Below are positions 35,837 through 45,361 of a DNA stretch of 64,000 nucleotides, in pieces. A program made the position numbers and the translations under genes. The DNA lies in assembly GCA_900318835.1 (NCBI GenBank), contig ONLW01000006.1:12327-76326 (forward strand), written 5' to 3'. The stretch is from an uncultured Bacteroidales bacterium (GTDB lineage Bacteria; Bacteroidota; Bacteroidia; Bacteroidales; P3). The notes below the pieces were generated by a model that had not been told where the DNA came from, searched no databases, and worked only from the letters and a program-made list of their open reading frames with translations. Numbering within the stretch: the stretch's first letter is position 1; the number at the start of each line of letters is the position of its first letter.

Positions 35837-36202
35837 TTAACTTTTAACAGCTATCTCTTCCCCGTCGCTCCAAAGCTCGTCGAGGCGGAAGAAGGCGCGC
35901 TTGTCTTTCTGGAAGATATGGATGACTACATCGAAATAGTCCATCAAAATCCACTCGGCGTTGTTGTAGCCTTCAATCTTGTGGGGATTGAGGCCAGTGG
36001 CTTTCTTCACGGTCTCGAATACAGCGTCGCTCAAGGCACTGACGTGCGACGGCACATTGCCGCTGCATATCACGAAATACTCCGCCGGAGCGCCGTGGAC
36101 TTTCCTCAGATCTAGAATACGTACATCTTCTCCTTTCTTTGTGTCGAGTGTTTGTGCAGCCAATCGTGCCAGCACCTCTGCTTCTTTTTCTCTATTGTTC
36201 AT
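35837..36202 (-). CDS. rsfS: Ribosome silencing factor
   Basis: 121 aa. DYFVICSG and WILMDYFDVVIHIF blocks typical of RsfS/Iojap. Confidence 0.85.
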   Translation of the reverse strand: MNNREKEAEVLARLAAQTLDTKKGEDVRILDLRKVHGAPAEYFVICSGNVPSHVSALSDAVFETVKKATGLNPHKIEGYNNAEWILMDYFDVVIHIFQKDKRAFFRLDELWSDGEEIAVKS

Positions 36203-36249
36203 TTATATTTTATTGTTCTTTATTTAATACTTAATACTGTGTGCGACCT

Positions 36250-36672
36250 TTAGGACGTGCAAACCTCTGCTGTCAGCGTACGCACGCCGTCCTCTTCCAC
36301 AATCTCCACCCTCACATACTCTTCGGGCAGCAACTCTTCTACTTTCTCGGTCCATTCCGTAAAACAGTAGCAACCGCTATAGAAATATTCTTCGTAGCCA
36401 AGGTCGTAGGCTTCGGTCAGATTCTTTAGCCGGTAGAAATCGAAGTGGTATATGGGTTCCCCGTCGCCCGATGAGTACTCATTGACGATGGCGAACGTCG
36501 GGCTGCACACATTGTCTCCCACGCCTAAAGCGGCGCAGAGCTCTTTGATGAGTGTGGTCTTCCCAACACCCATCTTGCCGAAGAACGCGAAAAAGCGCTC
36601 TCCGGGGAATGTTCCGAGCAGTTCTTTTGCCACCTTGGGCAACTGTCCTAGATTATCAATTTTAATTTTCAT
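36250..36672 (-). CDS. tsaE: tRNA t6A37 biosynthesis ATPase TsaE
   Basis: P-loop GKMGVGKTTL, SPTFAIVNEY and HFDFYRL motifs. Confidence 0.85.
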   Translation of the reverse strand: MKIKIDNLGQLPKVAKELLGTFPGERFFAFFGKMGVGKTTLIKELCAALGVGDNVCSPTFAIVNEYSSGDGEPIYHFDFYRLKNLTEAYDLGYEEYFYSGCYCFTEWTEKVEELLPEEYVRVEIVEEDGVRTLTAEVCTS

Positions 36673-36702
36673 TTTTCAATTCTCAATATCACCTCTCACC
36701 TT

Positions 36703-37242
36703 TCACCTTAAACGGTCGGCGGCTCTCACCAGTGCCTCGTCCTTGCGGATGGCCCTTTGCGCTAGGAAGAAGAATACTATGGAGGCTAGCGGGAGGAAGG
36801 CTCCGACACCCCACGTCACCTGCTGCTCCGTCTGGGTGAAGAGGGCGTTGAGCTGGTCGGCATAGGCGTCGACAGCCCAGAAGAAGAGCAGGAAGGCATA
36901 CACCACATTGAGCAGGAAGGCCACTGCCACCATGCGCATCTGAAGCGTGCGTTTTCTGTAGAGGAAGATGCACAGCACGGCCATCGCCAGAATTACGCAG
37001 GTCATCGCCACCAGCGGCCACATCGACACGTCGACCTGCGACTGGAAAAGCTCCACCCGAGGTTCGCCGTTGGCGAGGGCGATACTGTAGTGCGGACCGT
37101 CTTTGGACACAAGGTTGAGTTGCGAAACAACCTGCTGGTTTTCGGTGTAGTCGATTGAGTAGCTGGCCACGGGAAATACGAAGCACAATCCCATGCAAGC
37201 GGCGGCAAAAATAAGCCATAATGTTTGAATTCTCTGTATCAT
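36703..37242 (-). CDS. DUF4293-family membrane protein
   Basis: MIQRIQTLWLIFAAA N-terminus typical of the family. Start moved to ATG 37240-37242. Confidence 0.6.
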   Translation of the reverse strand: MIQRIQTLWLIFAAACMGLCFVFPVASYSIDYTENQQVVSQLNLVSKDGPHYSIALANGEPRVELFQSQVDVSMWPLVAMTCVILAMAVLCIFLYRKRTLQMRMVAVAFLLNVVYAFLLFFWAVDAYADQLNALFTQTEQQVTWGVGAFLPLASIVFFFLAQRAIRKDEALVRAADRLR

Positions 37243-37255
37243 GATTATGTAAAGT

Positions 37256-38374
37256 TTACAACTCAATAGCCTTGCGGCCTTTGTTCATGACCACGGCGTT
37301 CTGCACATACATGAAGCCGGGGTTGCCGCGCATCATAGTCTCGATGGCGGTGGCGTCGGCGAAGTAGTATTCCAGGCCGTCAATCTTGTTCTCATACATC
37401 CATGTCTGGATGTCCTCGGGCAGTGCGGAAGTCAGCAGCACAATCTCCTTGCCGTTCTCTTCGGCCAGCGTGATTGCTGTTTTGATTTCCTCAACGTCTT
37501 TGGCACCAATCTTTTCCAGATGGTGTATCGTTATAATCACCAAACCTTCTTCGGCGGTAATCATGTCGAGGGCGCGGTCCGACCCCTCCATGTCGAGCAT
37601 CGAGAATCCCGGAGCCTTGATTTCCGGCATTTCCACGCGGCTGCTTTCCCACTCCCAGGTGTTGGCCCACGCGCTGTCGGACAGATACTCCATCAGTTTG
37701 GCCGACTCGAACTCCATTGTCTCGCCGGTCTGTTTGTTCTTGTAGGTGACATAACTCTTTGGCGTCGAACCTTCCTCCATGTCAATCATCTGGTTGCCGA
37801 CTTTCCAGGGGCGGAAGTCGATGACCGGCTCGTGGTTGATGTTGTAGATGCAGAACACCAGCATCACCGCCAGACCGGCGATGAAGACGATGCAGTCGCG
37901 CTCGAAGCGGCGTTTCATCCGCAGGCGGCAGGTGAGGAGAATCCACACCGTGGGCACGTCGAGGATAACGTTCTTCCAGAAAGTCTGCCAGTTGGTGAGC
38001 TTGATGGCGTCGCCGAAGCAGCCGCAGTCGTCCACCAGATTGGTAATGGCGTCAAAGAGGGTGGTGACGGTGAAGAAGGCCATCATGATGGTGAGCATCC
38101 AGGCCGTAACCACGCGGAAGGAGTTGAGGATGAGCATTACGCCAACCAAAAACTCAGCGCATATCAGCCCCACTGCCAACACGCCCGCCAGTGGCAGGGC
38201 CCAGTCGAAGCTCATGCCCAGAATCTCCCAGTTCGACATGTAGTCCTGCACCTTGAACATCGTTCCCATGGGATCCACGCCCTTCACGAACGATGAGAAC
38301 AGGAACACCAGTCCCACAACCCAGCGCGAGACCACATTCAGTGTGTAGTTGAGTTTTGTATCCTTGATTTTCAT
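37256..38374 (-). CDS. DoxX/MauE-like membrane domain fused to a thioredoxin-like domain (BT_3928-type)
   Basis: N-terminal 4-5 TM segments with a DDCGCFGD motif. C-terminal soluble alpha/beta domain of about 180 aa. Confidence 0.55.
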   Translation of the reverse strand: MKIKDTKLNYTLNVVSRWVVGLVFLFSSFVKGVDPMGTMFKVQDYMSNWEILGMSFDWALPLAGVLAVGLICAEFLVGVMLILNSFRVVTAWMLTIMMAFFTVTTLFDAITNLVDDCGCFGDAIKLTNWQTFWKNVILDVPTVWILLTCRLRMKRRFERDCIVFIAGLAVMLVFCIYNINHEPVIDFRPWKVGNQMIDMEEGSTPKSYVTYKNKQTGETMEFESAKLMEYLSDSAWANTWEWESSRVEMPEIKAPGFSMLDMEGSDRALDMITAEEGLVIITIHHLEKIGAKDVEEIKTAITLAEENGKEIVLLTSALPEDIQTWMYENKIDGLEYYFADATAIETMMRGNPGFMYVQNAVVMNKGRKAIEL

Positions 38375-38970
38375 GATTTTGTGTTTTCTTCGGTTAATCT
38401 AACGAGGCAGAACAGCGAGTAGTTGACAATGTCCATGTATCCGCCCTCGACGCCCTCGCTGACAAGCGTCTTGCCTTTGTTGTCTTCTATCTGTTTGATG
38501 CGCAGGAGCTTCATGAGGATGAGGTCCACCATCGAGCTTACCCGCATCTGCCGCCAAGCCTCGCCGTAGTCGTGATTCTTGTCCATCATCAGGTCCAGGA
38601 TGTGCTTGGTCTGCTCATCATAGAGATTCATCGTCTCTTCCAACGACAGCTCCAAACTTTCACCTTTCACCTTTAACCTTTCACCTTGCATAAGCGCCAT
38701 CACCGCGTAGTTGACCATGGCGACAAACTCGTCGCGGATGTCGTCGCCCACGCGGTTCTCGCCGCTTTCCTGTATGCTGCGGATGCGGTTGGCTTTGATG
38801 AATATCTGGTCGGTGAGCGACGGCAGGCGCAGTATGCGCCACGAGGTGCCGTAGTCGCGCGTCTTCTTTTCGAACAGTGCCCGGCATTCCACCACCTCCC
38901 GTTCCATCTCTTTCCTTGTATCGTGTCCCATTAGTCCGTTTTTAATCATAATTAACCTTAAACGTGACAT
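38371..38970 (-). CDS. DUF1599 domain protein (two tandem repeats)
   Basis: Duplicated K..DYG.SWR....L.DQI.IK..RI block (KTRDYGTSWRIL... and KNHDYGEAWRQM...). Confidence 0.6.
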   Translation of the reverse strand: MSRLRLIMIKNGLMGHDTRKEMEREVVECRALFEKKTRDYGTSWRILRLPSLTDQIFIKANRIRSIQESGENRVGDDIRDEFVAMVNYAVMALMQGERLKVKGESLELSLEETMNLYDEQTKHILDLMMDKNHDYGEAWRQMRVSSMVDLILMKLLRIKQIEDNKGKTLVSEGVEGGYMDIVNYSLFCLVRLTEENTKS

Positions 38971-39152
38971 CGATTTATTTATTGTATGATTTATTATAAA
39001 AATATTTTTATTCGCCCTTAACTATCTTTTCAGTCTGAATGGATTTAACATCTGTTAAGTTAATTTTATGGTACGAATAACCCTTCATCTACCTGTTTTC
39101 GGTGCGTGTCCCCGTTTTTGTTGCAAAACTCTCTGTACCTGATAGAGATAAA

Positions 39153-39231
39153 CTACCTACCATCTCCTTACCAATTCCTAACCAACTCCTACCATAGTAG
39201 GTGTTGATAGGTGTGTGGTAGGATGTTGGTG
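39153..39231 (+). repeat. Intergenic 11-mer-array palindromic element, copy 5
   Basis: CTACCTACCATCTCCTTACCAATTCCTAACCAACTCCTACC-ATA-GTAGGTGTTGATAGGTGTGTGGTAGGATGTTGGTG. Confidence 0.8.
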
Positions 39232-39374
39232 TTTAAGATTTGTTAACATTTCGTCAATGGTGATTGCGACAGCAGTCCCTTCCTGGCCGGGAGGGGTTGA
39301 GAAAATGTTTTTTCCATCGAAGCAATATTTTTTTCGGAGGTGCGTTTTTATAGTAATTATTGATTATCGATTTT

Positions 39375-40217
39375 ATGGAAAGACAGCATTTTACTCCGTT
39401 CAGCATCACCGTGCAGGGGCGACTGGTCACTTTCGACCGGCCGGCGGTGATGGGTATCCTCAATTATACCCCCGACTCGTTCTATGACGGTGGCCGCCAC
39501 AATGACCCCGAAACGCTTGTCAATCACGCCCGTAAACTCGTGGACGAAGGCGCCGACATCGTCGACATCGGCGTTGTCTCGTCACGTCCCGGTGCGCAGT
39601 TGTTGCCGCCGGAGGTTGAGGCCCAGCGTCTTGCCGGAGCAGTGAAGCTGGTGCGCGAGGCGTTGCCCGAAGCCATCCTCTCGGTCGACACCTGCTACAG
39701 TTTGCCAGCCCGCGAGGCCATTGAGGCTGGCGCCGATATCGTGAATGACATCTCCGGTGGCCAGTTCGATGAGGCAATGTTCCAAACCGTTGCAGACCTG
39801 CAAGTTCCGTATATTCTGATGCACAACCGTGCGCTGCCTTCCGAGATGCAGCAACACACGGGCTACGACGATATTGTCGACGACCTCACCAAGTATTTTT
39901 CCGAGAAATTGAACACTCTCTACCGATTGGGTGTCAAGGATATATGGATTGATCCGGGCTTCGGTTTCGCCAAGACTGTTGAGGAAAACTATGAATTGCT
40001 CCACCGATTGGACGAGCTGACGTCGCTCTTCCGTGAGCCTTTGCTCACCGCTTTGAGTCGCAAAAGTATGATTTACAAGAAGCTTGGCATCACGCCCGAC
40101 GAGGCGTTGACGGGTACTATCGTCCTCGACGCCATCGCCTTGGAGAAAGGCAGCAGCCTCCTGCGCGTCCACGACCCACGGCCCGCACTTGAAACCATCA
40201 AACTGTTATCAATATGA
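39375..40217 (+). CDS. folP: Dihydropteroate synthase
   Basis: GILNYTPDSFYDGG, DIGVVSSRPG, and pterin-binding barrel motifs. The listed start is TTG 39360; the ATG at 39375 is preferred. Confidence 0.9.
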   Translation: MERQHFTPFSITVQGRLVTFDRPAVMGILNYTPDSFYDGGRHNDPETLVNHARKLVDEGADIVDIGVVSSRPGAQLLPPEVEAQRLAGAVKLVREALPEAILSVDTCYSLPAREAIEAGADIVNDISGGQFDEAMFQTVADLQVPYILMHNRALPSEMQQHTGYDDIVDDLTKYFSEKLNTLYRLGVKDIWIDPGFGFAKTVEENYELLHRLDELTSLFREPLLTALSRKSMIYKKLGITPDEALTGTIVLDAIALEKGSSLLRVHDPRPALETIKLLSI

Positions 40218-41014
40218 TTATCAATGCTATTTTAGGCCTTCCGGAGCTACAGCTCATTGACATTATCGACATTGTCATTGTGGCGGCACTGGTCTTTTAT
40301 GTCTACCGCATGATTCGTGGCTCGAACGCCATGCTTATCTTCTGGGCCCTGGTCATCATCCTGCTGGCTTGGCGTGCTGCCGACCTGTTGGGAATGAGGC
40401 TTTTGGGTGCTATCCTCAGTGCCATAGCCAGTGTGGGCCTGATAGCGCTTATCGTTATCTTTCAACCCGAGATCCGTCGCTTTCTGCTTTTCCTCGGCAC
40501 CAAGACGCAGTTCGACCAGTCGTGGGTGCAGCGCTTCAAGTTTTGGAAACACAACATGCAGAACAAGCCGCAGAACGCGGTGAACTACGAGGCCTACATC
40601 AACGCCTGCATGCACATGTCGCAGTCGAAGACCGGCGCCCTCATCGTTTTCAAACGCAGGAATGAGGTGGAGGATATCGTCAATACCGGTGAACGTATCA
40701 ATGCCATGGCTTCCAGTGCTTTGATTGAGGCTTTGTTCTTCAAGAACTCGCCTCTGCACGACGGTGCCGTCATTGCGCACCACAACCAGATATTGGCTGC
40801 ACGCTGCATCCTGCCTGTCACCTCGCGGCTCGACATCGACCCCAACCTCGGCCTGCGCCACCGCTCGGCCATCGGGGTCACTGAACAGCTCGACGTGTTG
40901 AGCGTTATTGTGAGCGAGGAAACCGGAGCTATTTCCTATTCCCTCGACGGAGAAATCCACCACGACATTACCCCTGTGGAGCTGCGTCAGGCATTGGAAA
41001 AGTATGAGTGCTGA
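40214..41014 (+). CDS. cdaA: Diadenylate cyclase CdaA (DisA_N/DAC domain with N-terminal TM segments)
   Basis: Three N-terminal TM helices. DAC motifs SPLHDGAVI and GLRHRSAIGVTE. ATGA overlap with the folP stop. Confidence 0.9.
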   Translation: MIINAILGLPELQLIDIIDIVIVAALVFYVYRMIRGSNAMLIFWALVIILLAWRAADLLGMRLLGAILSAIASVGLIALIVIFQPEIRRFLLFLGTKTQFDQSWVQRFKFWKHNMQNKPQNAVNYEAYINACMHMSQSKTGALIVFKRRNEVEDIVNTGERINAMASSALIEALFFKNSPLHDGAVIAHHNQILAARCILPVTSRLDIDPNLGLRHRSAIGVTEQLDVLSVIVSEETGAISYSLDGEIHHDITPVELRQALEKYEC

Positions 41015-41068
41015 AGATTGAATAACAGACCATTGTAAAATTATTTGCAGCGATACGAATTTTTTCCG

Positions 41069-41076
41069 TATCTTTG
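41069..41076 (+). promoter_or_regulatory. -7 box (TAtcTTTG) for the M16 peptidase
   Basis: TTTG at 41044-41047, 21-nt spacer, TATCTTTG. The listed TTG start (41074) lies inside this box. Confidence 0.65.
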
Positions 41077-41133
41077 CACCCTATTTATATATTGAATCAT
41101 CTAACATATATAATAAATTTAAAACAACAAAAA

Positions 41134-44028
41134 ATGAAGAAATCAATTTGGATTCTGCTGCTGACCGTTCTGATTGGCGGCACCTCTTTCGCCCAGCTGC
41201 CCGGTGCAGACAAGAAAGAAAAGAAGAGCGACCTGAACGCTCAGGTGGCCCTCGACAAGAAAGTTACCTACGGCAAACTTGACAACGGATTCACCTACTA
41301 CATCCGCAACAACAAAAAGCCGGAAAACATGATTCAGTTCCGTCTGGTCTCCAATGCCGGTTCCATCATGGAGCGCGACGACCAGCAGGGTCTCGCCCAC
41401 TTCTGCGAGCACATGGCCTTCAACGGCATCAAGGGTTATCCCGGCAACGAGATGATCGACAAGCTGCAGAAGCATGGTGTTGAGTTCGGCCGCGACATCA
41501 ACGCCTACACCTCGTTTGACCAGACTGTTTACTATGTGAACATGCCTGCCGACGACGAGGAAATGGTGAAGATGGGTGTCGAGATTCTCGACGGCTGGGC
41601 CGGCAACATCCTCTTCGACGAGAAAGAAATTGAGGAAGAGCGTGGTGTTATCCATGAGGAATGGCGCGGTGGTGTTGGCCACGGCGACCGTCTCCGCAAG
41701 AAGACTTGGCCCATCATGCTCAAAGGTTCCCTCTATGCCGACCGTCTCCCCATTGGTAAAGAGGAAGTTATCATGAACTTCAAGCGCCAGAGCATCGTTG
41801 ACTTCTTCAACGACTGGTATCGTCCCGACCTGCAGGCCATCGTCATCGTTGGTGACATGGACAACTACGAGTACGCTGGCAAGAAGGGTGTCAAGGCCAT
41901 GGAGCAGAAGGTGAAAGACACCTTCAGCAGCCACAAGTTCCTCGGCAAAGAGAAACTGCCCCGCCTGAGCTATGAGATTCCCGACAACAAGGAACCCCTC
42001 ATCTGCATCGCCACCGACAAGGAGGCCACCAGCACCACCCTCGAAATCTTCTGGAAACACAAGAAAGGTGTTAACGGCACCGTCGGCGCCTACCGCGCCA
42101 TGCTTGTTCGCAGCCTTATTGGTATGATGATCAACGAGCGCTTCCGCGACATCACCGAGAAACCCACTGCCCCCATGATGCACGCCGGTGGCGGCTATGG
42201 TGGATTCCTGGGCCGTGAAATCGATGTCTTCGAAGTTAGCGCCTCCCCCAAGGAGAACCGCATCAACGAGACCGCCGAACTGCTCCTCAAGACCGTCAAG
42301 CAGATGACCGACCACGGCTTCCTCCAGACTGAGCTCGACCGCCAGAAAGAGGACCTCCTCAGCACCTACACCAAACTCGCCAAGGAAGAGAACAAGACCC
42401 AGACCAACAGCTTGGCCGACGAGTACACCAACCACTATCTGGACAACGATCCCTGCCCCGGCATCCGTCAGGAATGGAAATATGCCAAGGAGTTCATCCC
42501 CGAGATTACCCTCGAAGAGTGCAACGCCCTCATCAAGACCTGGGTCACCGACAACAACTTGATCTTCTACCTCACTGCCCCCGAAAAAGAAGGCTTCAAG
42601 GTTACCACCGAGAAAGAAGCCCTCAAGATTATCAAGGATTTCAAGAAAGTGAAGACCGAACCCTGGGTTGACACCTTCAAGGATGAGCCCCTCTTCACCG
42701 AGACCCTCAAGGATGTGAAGGCCAAAGTGACCAAGACCAACGATATCCTCGGCTACATCGAGTATACCTGCCCCAACGGCATCCGCTTCATCATCAAGAA
42801 GACCGACTACAAGGCCGATGAGATTCAGATCAGCTCCTTTGGCTTCGGTGGCACCTCGCTCTACAACGACGAGGAAGCTTACCAGGCCCAGAACGCTGCC
42901 GGCTTCGTCGATGCCGGTGGTATTGCCAACTTCAGCGCCACCCAGCTTGGCAAGAAACTTAAAGGTATGAACCTCAGCATGAGTCCCTATATCAGTGAAG
43001 AGACCCAGGGCTTCAGCGGTAGCTGCTCGCCCAAGGACCTCGAAACCACCCTCCAACTCATCAACCTCTACTATACTGCTCCCCGTAAGGACCAGGAAGC
43101 CTATGAGCGTAACATCGAGAACACTGTCAACCAGATTAAGTTCCTCAGCGAAAATCCGCAGGTGGCCTTCATTGAGACCTACTACAAGACCGCTTTCCCG
43201 AAGGACAAACGTCAAGTGGTTGTCCCCACCGAGGAGAAGGTGCGCAGTCTTAATCTCGACCGCATGTTCCAGATTTATCAGGAGCGCTTTGCCGACGCTT
43301 CCAACCAGACCTTCTTCTTCGTTGGTAACATCGAGGATAAGGACATCGACCTTATTGCCAAGTACATTAACAACCTGCCTGTCAACGGCAAGCAGAAGAA
43401 CGAGAAGTTCATCAACCGTAACCCCGAGTTTGCCAAAGGCATCCAGCATGCCGAGGCTGTCAAGGGTATCGAGAAGCAAGGTATGCTCCTCATGAGCGGT
43501 CAGGTGAAATGCAATGCCAAAGAGCTTGACCCGCAGACCCGTATCGCCATCACTGAGCTCGGCGAGGCCCTCAGCATCACTGTTACTGAGATTATCCGTG
43601 AGAAGAACGGAGACGCCTACAGCCCTAGCGCCGGTTTTGACTATGAGATTACTCCCGAAGGCGAGGTTAGCTGGCAGTTCTACATTGGCTGCGACCCTGA
43701 AAAGGCCAAGAAGATTGAAGGCGACTGCATCGACATCCTCAAGCAGTACATGAAGGAGGGTTGCGATGAGAAGACCCTCGGCAAAGTTCAGGAGCAGATG
43801 ATTGTCAACCGCGACAAAGCCCGTCAGAACAACGGTTTCTGGCTTGGTCAGATCAGCGCCAGCTATCGCTTCAACGAGAGCCGCGACTTCGTCAACCAGT
43901 ACAACGAGATGGTCAAGAAGGTTACCGTTAAGGACATTCAGGCTATCGCTGCCAAGTATGTCAAACTCGACAACTATGTCTGTGTGACCCTTCGTCCTGA
44001 GGATGGCGCCACCGGTACTGCCGACTGA
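41134..44028 (+). CDS. M16-family (pitrilysin/insulinase-like) zinc metallopeptidase, secreted
   Basis: Signal peptide MKKSIWILLLTVLIGGTSFAQ. Inverted zinc motif HFCEH...E. Four-domain length of about 960 aa. Confidence 0.85.
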   Translation: MKKSIWILLLTVLIGGTSFAQLPGADKKEKKSDLNAQVALDKKVTYGKLDNGFTYYIRNNKKPENMIQFRLVSNAGSIMERDDQQGLAHFCEHMAFNGIKGYPGNEMIDKLQKHGVEFGRDINAYTSFDQTVYYVNMPADDEEMVKMGVEILDGWAGNILFDEKEIEEERGVIHEEWRGGVGHGDRLRKKTWPIMLKGSLYADRLPIGKEEVIMNFKRQSIVDFFNDWYRPDLQAIVIVGDMDNYEYAGKKGVKAMEQKVKDTFSSHKFLGKEKLPRLSYEIPDNKEPLICIATDKEATSTTLEIFWKHKKGVNGTVGAYRAMLVRSLIGMMINERFRDITEKPTAPMMHAGGGYGGFLGREIDVFEVSASPKENRINETAELLLKTVKQMTDHGFLQTELDRQKEDLLSTYTKLAKEENKTQTNSLADEYTNHYLDNDPCPGIRQEWKYAKEFIPEITLEECNALIKTWVTDNNLIFYLTAPEKEGFKVTTEKEALKIIKDFKKVKTEPWVDTFKDEPLFTETLKDVKAKVTKTNDILGYIEYTCPNGIRFIIKKTDYKADEIQISSFGFGGTSLYNDEEAYQAQNAAGFVDAGGIANFSATQLGKKLKGMNLSMSPYISEETQGFSGSCSPKDLETTLQLINLYYTAPRKDQEAYERNIENTVNQIKFLSENPQVAFIETYYKTAFPKDKRQVVVPTEEKVRSLNLDRMFQIYQERFADASNQTFFFVGNIEDKDIDLIAKYINNLPVNGKQKNEKFINRNPEFAKGIQHAEAVKGIEKQGMLLMSGQVKCNAKELDPQTRIAITELGEALSITVTEIIREKNGDAYSPSAGFDYEITPEGEVSWQFYIGCDPEKAKKIEGDCIDILKQYMKEGCDEKTLGKVQEQMIVNRDKARQNNGFWLGQISASYRFNESRDFVNQYNEMVKKVTVKDIQAIAAKYVKLDNYVCVTLRPEDGATGTAD

Positions 44029-44041
44029 TTTTGAATTGGTC

Positions 44042-44091
44042 AAAAAAAAAGAAACTCCGCAGAGCTCATCGCTCTGCGGAGTTTTCTTTTT
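44042..44091. terminator. Bidirectional intrinsic terminator
   Basis: A9 run, then AAACTCCGCAGAGC-tcatc-GCTCTGCGGAGTTT, then TCTTTTT. Lies between convergent stops at 44028 and 44104. Confidence 0.85.
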
Positions 44092-44103
44092 GTGATGATG
44101 GTG

Positions 44104-45288
44104 TTATTCGCGAATAATGTTTTCGGGGCGGATTTCCTCTTCGGTGATGGTGTTTACGAGGGTGGGGGAGTAGGGACGTGTGAGGCGGATGTAGTTGTCG
44201 GTCCAGCCCTGCATGTTGTCGCCGTGAGCGGTGGACTCCCAGAGCACTGGACGGACCTTGCCGATTTGGCTGGCGATGAACTCTTTGTGTTTCTTTTCGC
44301 TGAGTTCGAGAAGACGGGCGGTGTGCTCGTGTCGTACTGGGATTGGAATCTTCTCGCCAAGTTTCAGGGCAGCGGTTCCAGGACGGTCGCTATAGGTGAA
44401 GACGTGGAGATAGGAGATGGGTAGCGAGTCGATGAAACTGAGCACCTTGCCGAACTCCTCCTCGCTCTCGCCGTTGAAGCCTGCCATCACGTCGGCAGCT
44501 ATGCAGGCGTCGGGCATCACTCTCTTGATGCACTCCAGTTTGTTGCGGTAGAGGGCGGTGTCGTAGCGGCGATGCATAAGTTGCAGCACATGGTCGCTCC
44601 CAGCTTGCAGGGGAATGTGAAAGTGGGGGAGGAATGCTCGGCTGTGTGCTACAAAGTCGATAATATCATCGGTGAGCAAGTTGGGCTCGATGGAGGAGAT
44701 GCGGTAGCGCAGGATACCTTCTAATTTATCTAGTTTATCTAGTAGCTTTAGGAAGCTTTCTCCCTGATGCTGGCCGAAGGTGCCTGTGTTGACGCCGGTG
44801 AGAATGACTTCTTTGGCACCTGTTTGGGCGATGCGTCTCGCCGCGCACAGGGTTTCTTCCAGACTCGCCGACCGTGAGCGACCGCGGGCGTATGGAATGG
44901 CGCAATAGGTGCAGAAATAGTCGCAGCCGTCCTGAATCTTGAAGAAGGTGCGGGTGCGATCCTCGCCCGAGTAGGAGAGAAGTCGCTTGCTTTCGTTTCC
45001 CAATACTTGGGTAACGCCAGGCATTTTCTTGATTTCTTCGGCGGCTACTTGAGCAAAACATCCCATCACGACAATCTGTGCGTCGGGGCTCTGACGGTGG
45101 GCTTGACGGATAGCGTTGCGGCACTTTTTCTCGGCGACGGCAGTGACGGTGCATGTGTTGACGATATAGAGATCGGCTGGAGTGTGAAAGTCGACTATGG
45201 TGTTGCCCTCCTCTGAGAGACGACGAAGGAGATCGGATGTTTCTGCATAGTTGAGTTTACAGCCAAGAGTTTGTGCGGCGATTTTCAT
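44104..45288 (-). CDS. mtaB: tRNA t6A37 methylthiotransferase MtaB (radical SAM)
   Basis: MTTase N-domain QTLGCKLNYAETS, radical SAM CDYFCTYC, C-terminal TRAM-like region. Confidence 0.85.
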   Translation of the reverse strand: MKIAAQTLGCKLNYAETSDLLRRLSEEGNTIVDFHTPADLYIVNTCTVTAVAEKKCRNAIRQAHRQSPDAQIVVMGCFAQVAAEEIKKMPGVTQVLGNESKRLLSYSGEDRTRTFFKIQDGCDYFCTYCAIPYARGRSRSASLEETLCAARRIAQTGAKEVILTGVNTGTFGQHQGESFLKLLDKLDKLEGILRYRISSIEPNLLTDDIIDFVAHSRAFLPHFHIPLQAGSDHVLQLMHRRYDTALYRNKLECIKRVMPDACIAADVMAGFNGESEEEFGKVLSFIDSLPISYLHVFTYSDRPGTAALKLGEKIPIPVRHEHTARLLELSEKKHKEFIASQIGKVRPVLWESTAHGDNMQGWTDNYIRLTRPYSPTLVNTITEEEIRPENIIRE

Positions 45289-45325
45289 ATAAAATGTTAA
45301 ATTGTTATTTTTTTATCGAAAATAT

Positions 45326-45356
45326 TTTGTCGGTTTCAAAAAAAGTTGTATCTTTG
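45326..45356 (+). promoter_or_regulatory. Orphan consensus promoter with no downstream plus-strand ORF
   Basis: TTTG at 45326-45329, 19-nt spacer, TATCTTTG at 45349-45356. Confidence 0.6.
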
Positions 45357-45361
45357 CATTC

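Noticed and set aside
41143-44043. A 966-aa ORF on the minus strand, the longest in the window
   Set aside because: It is exactly antisense to the M16 peptidase gene. It has a low-complexity V/G/L/E/D-rich composition, no recognisable motifs, no promoter box, and a bidirectional terminator sits at its 5' end. It is a shadow ORF produced by the codon bias of the real gene.
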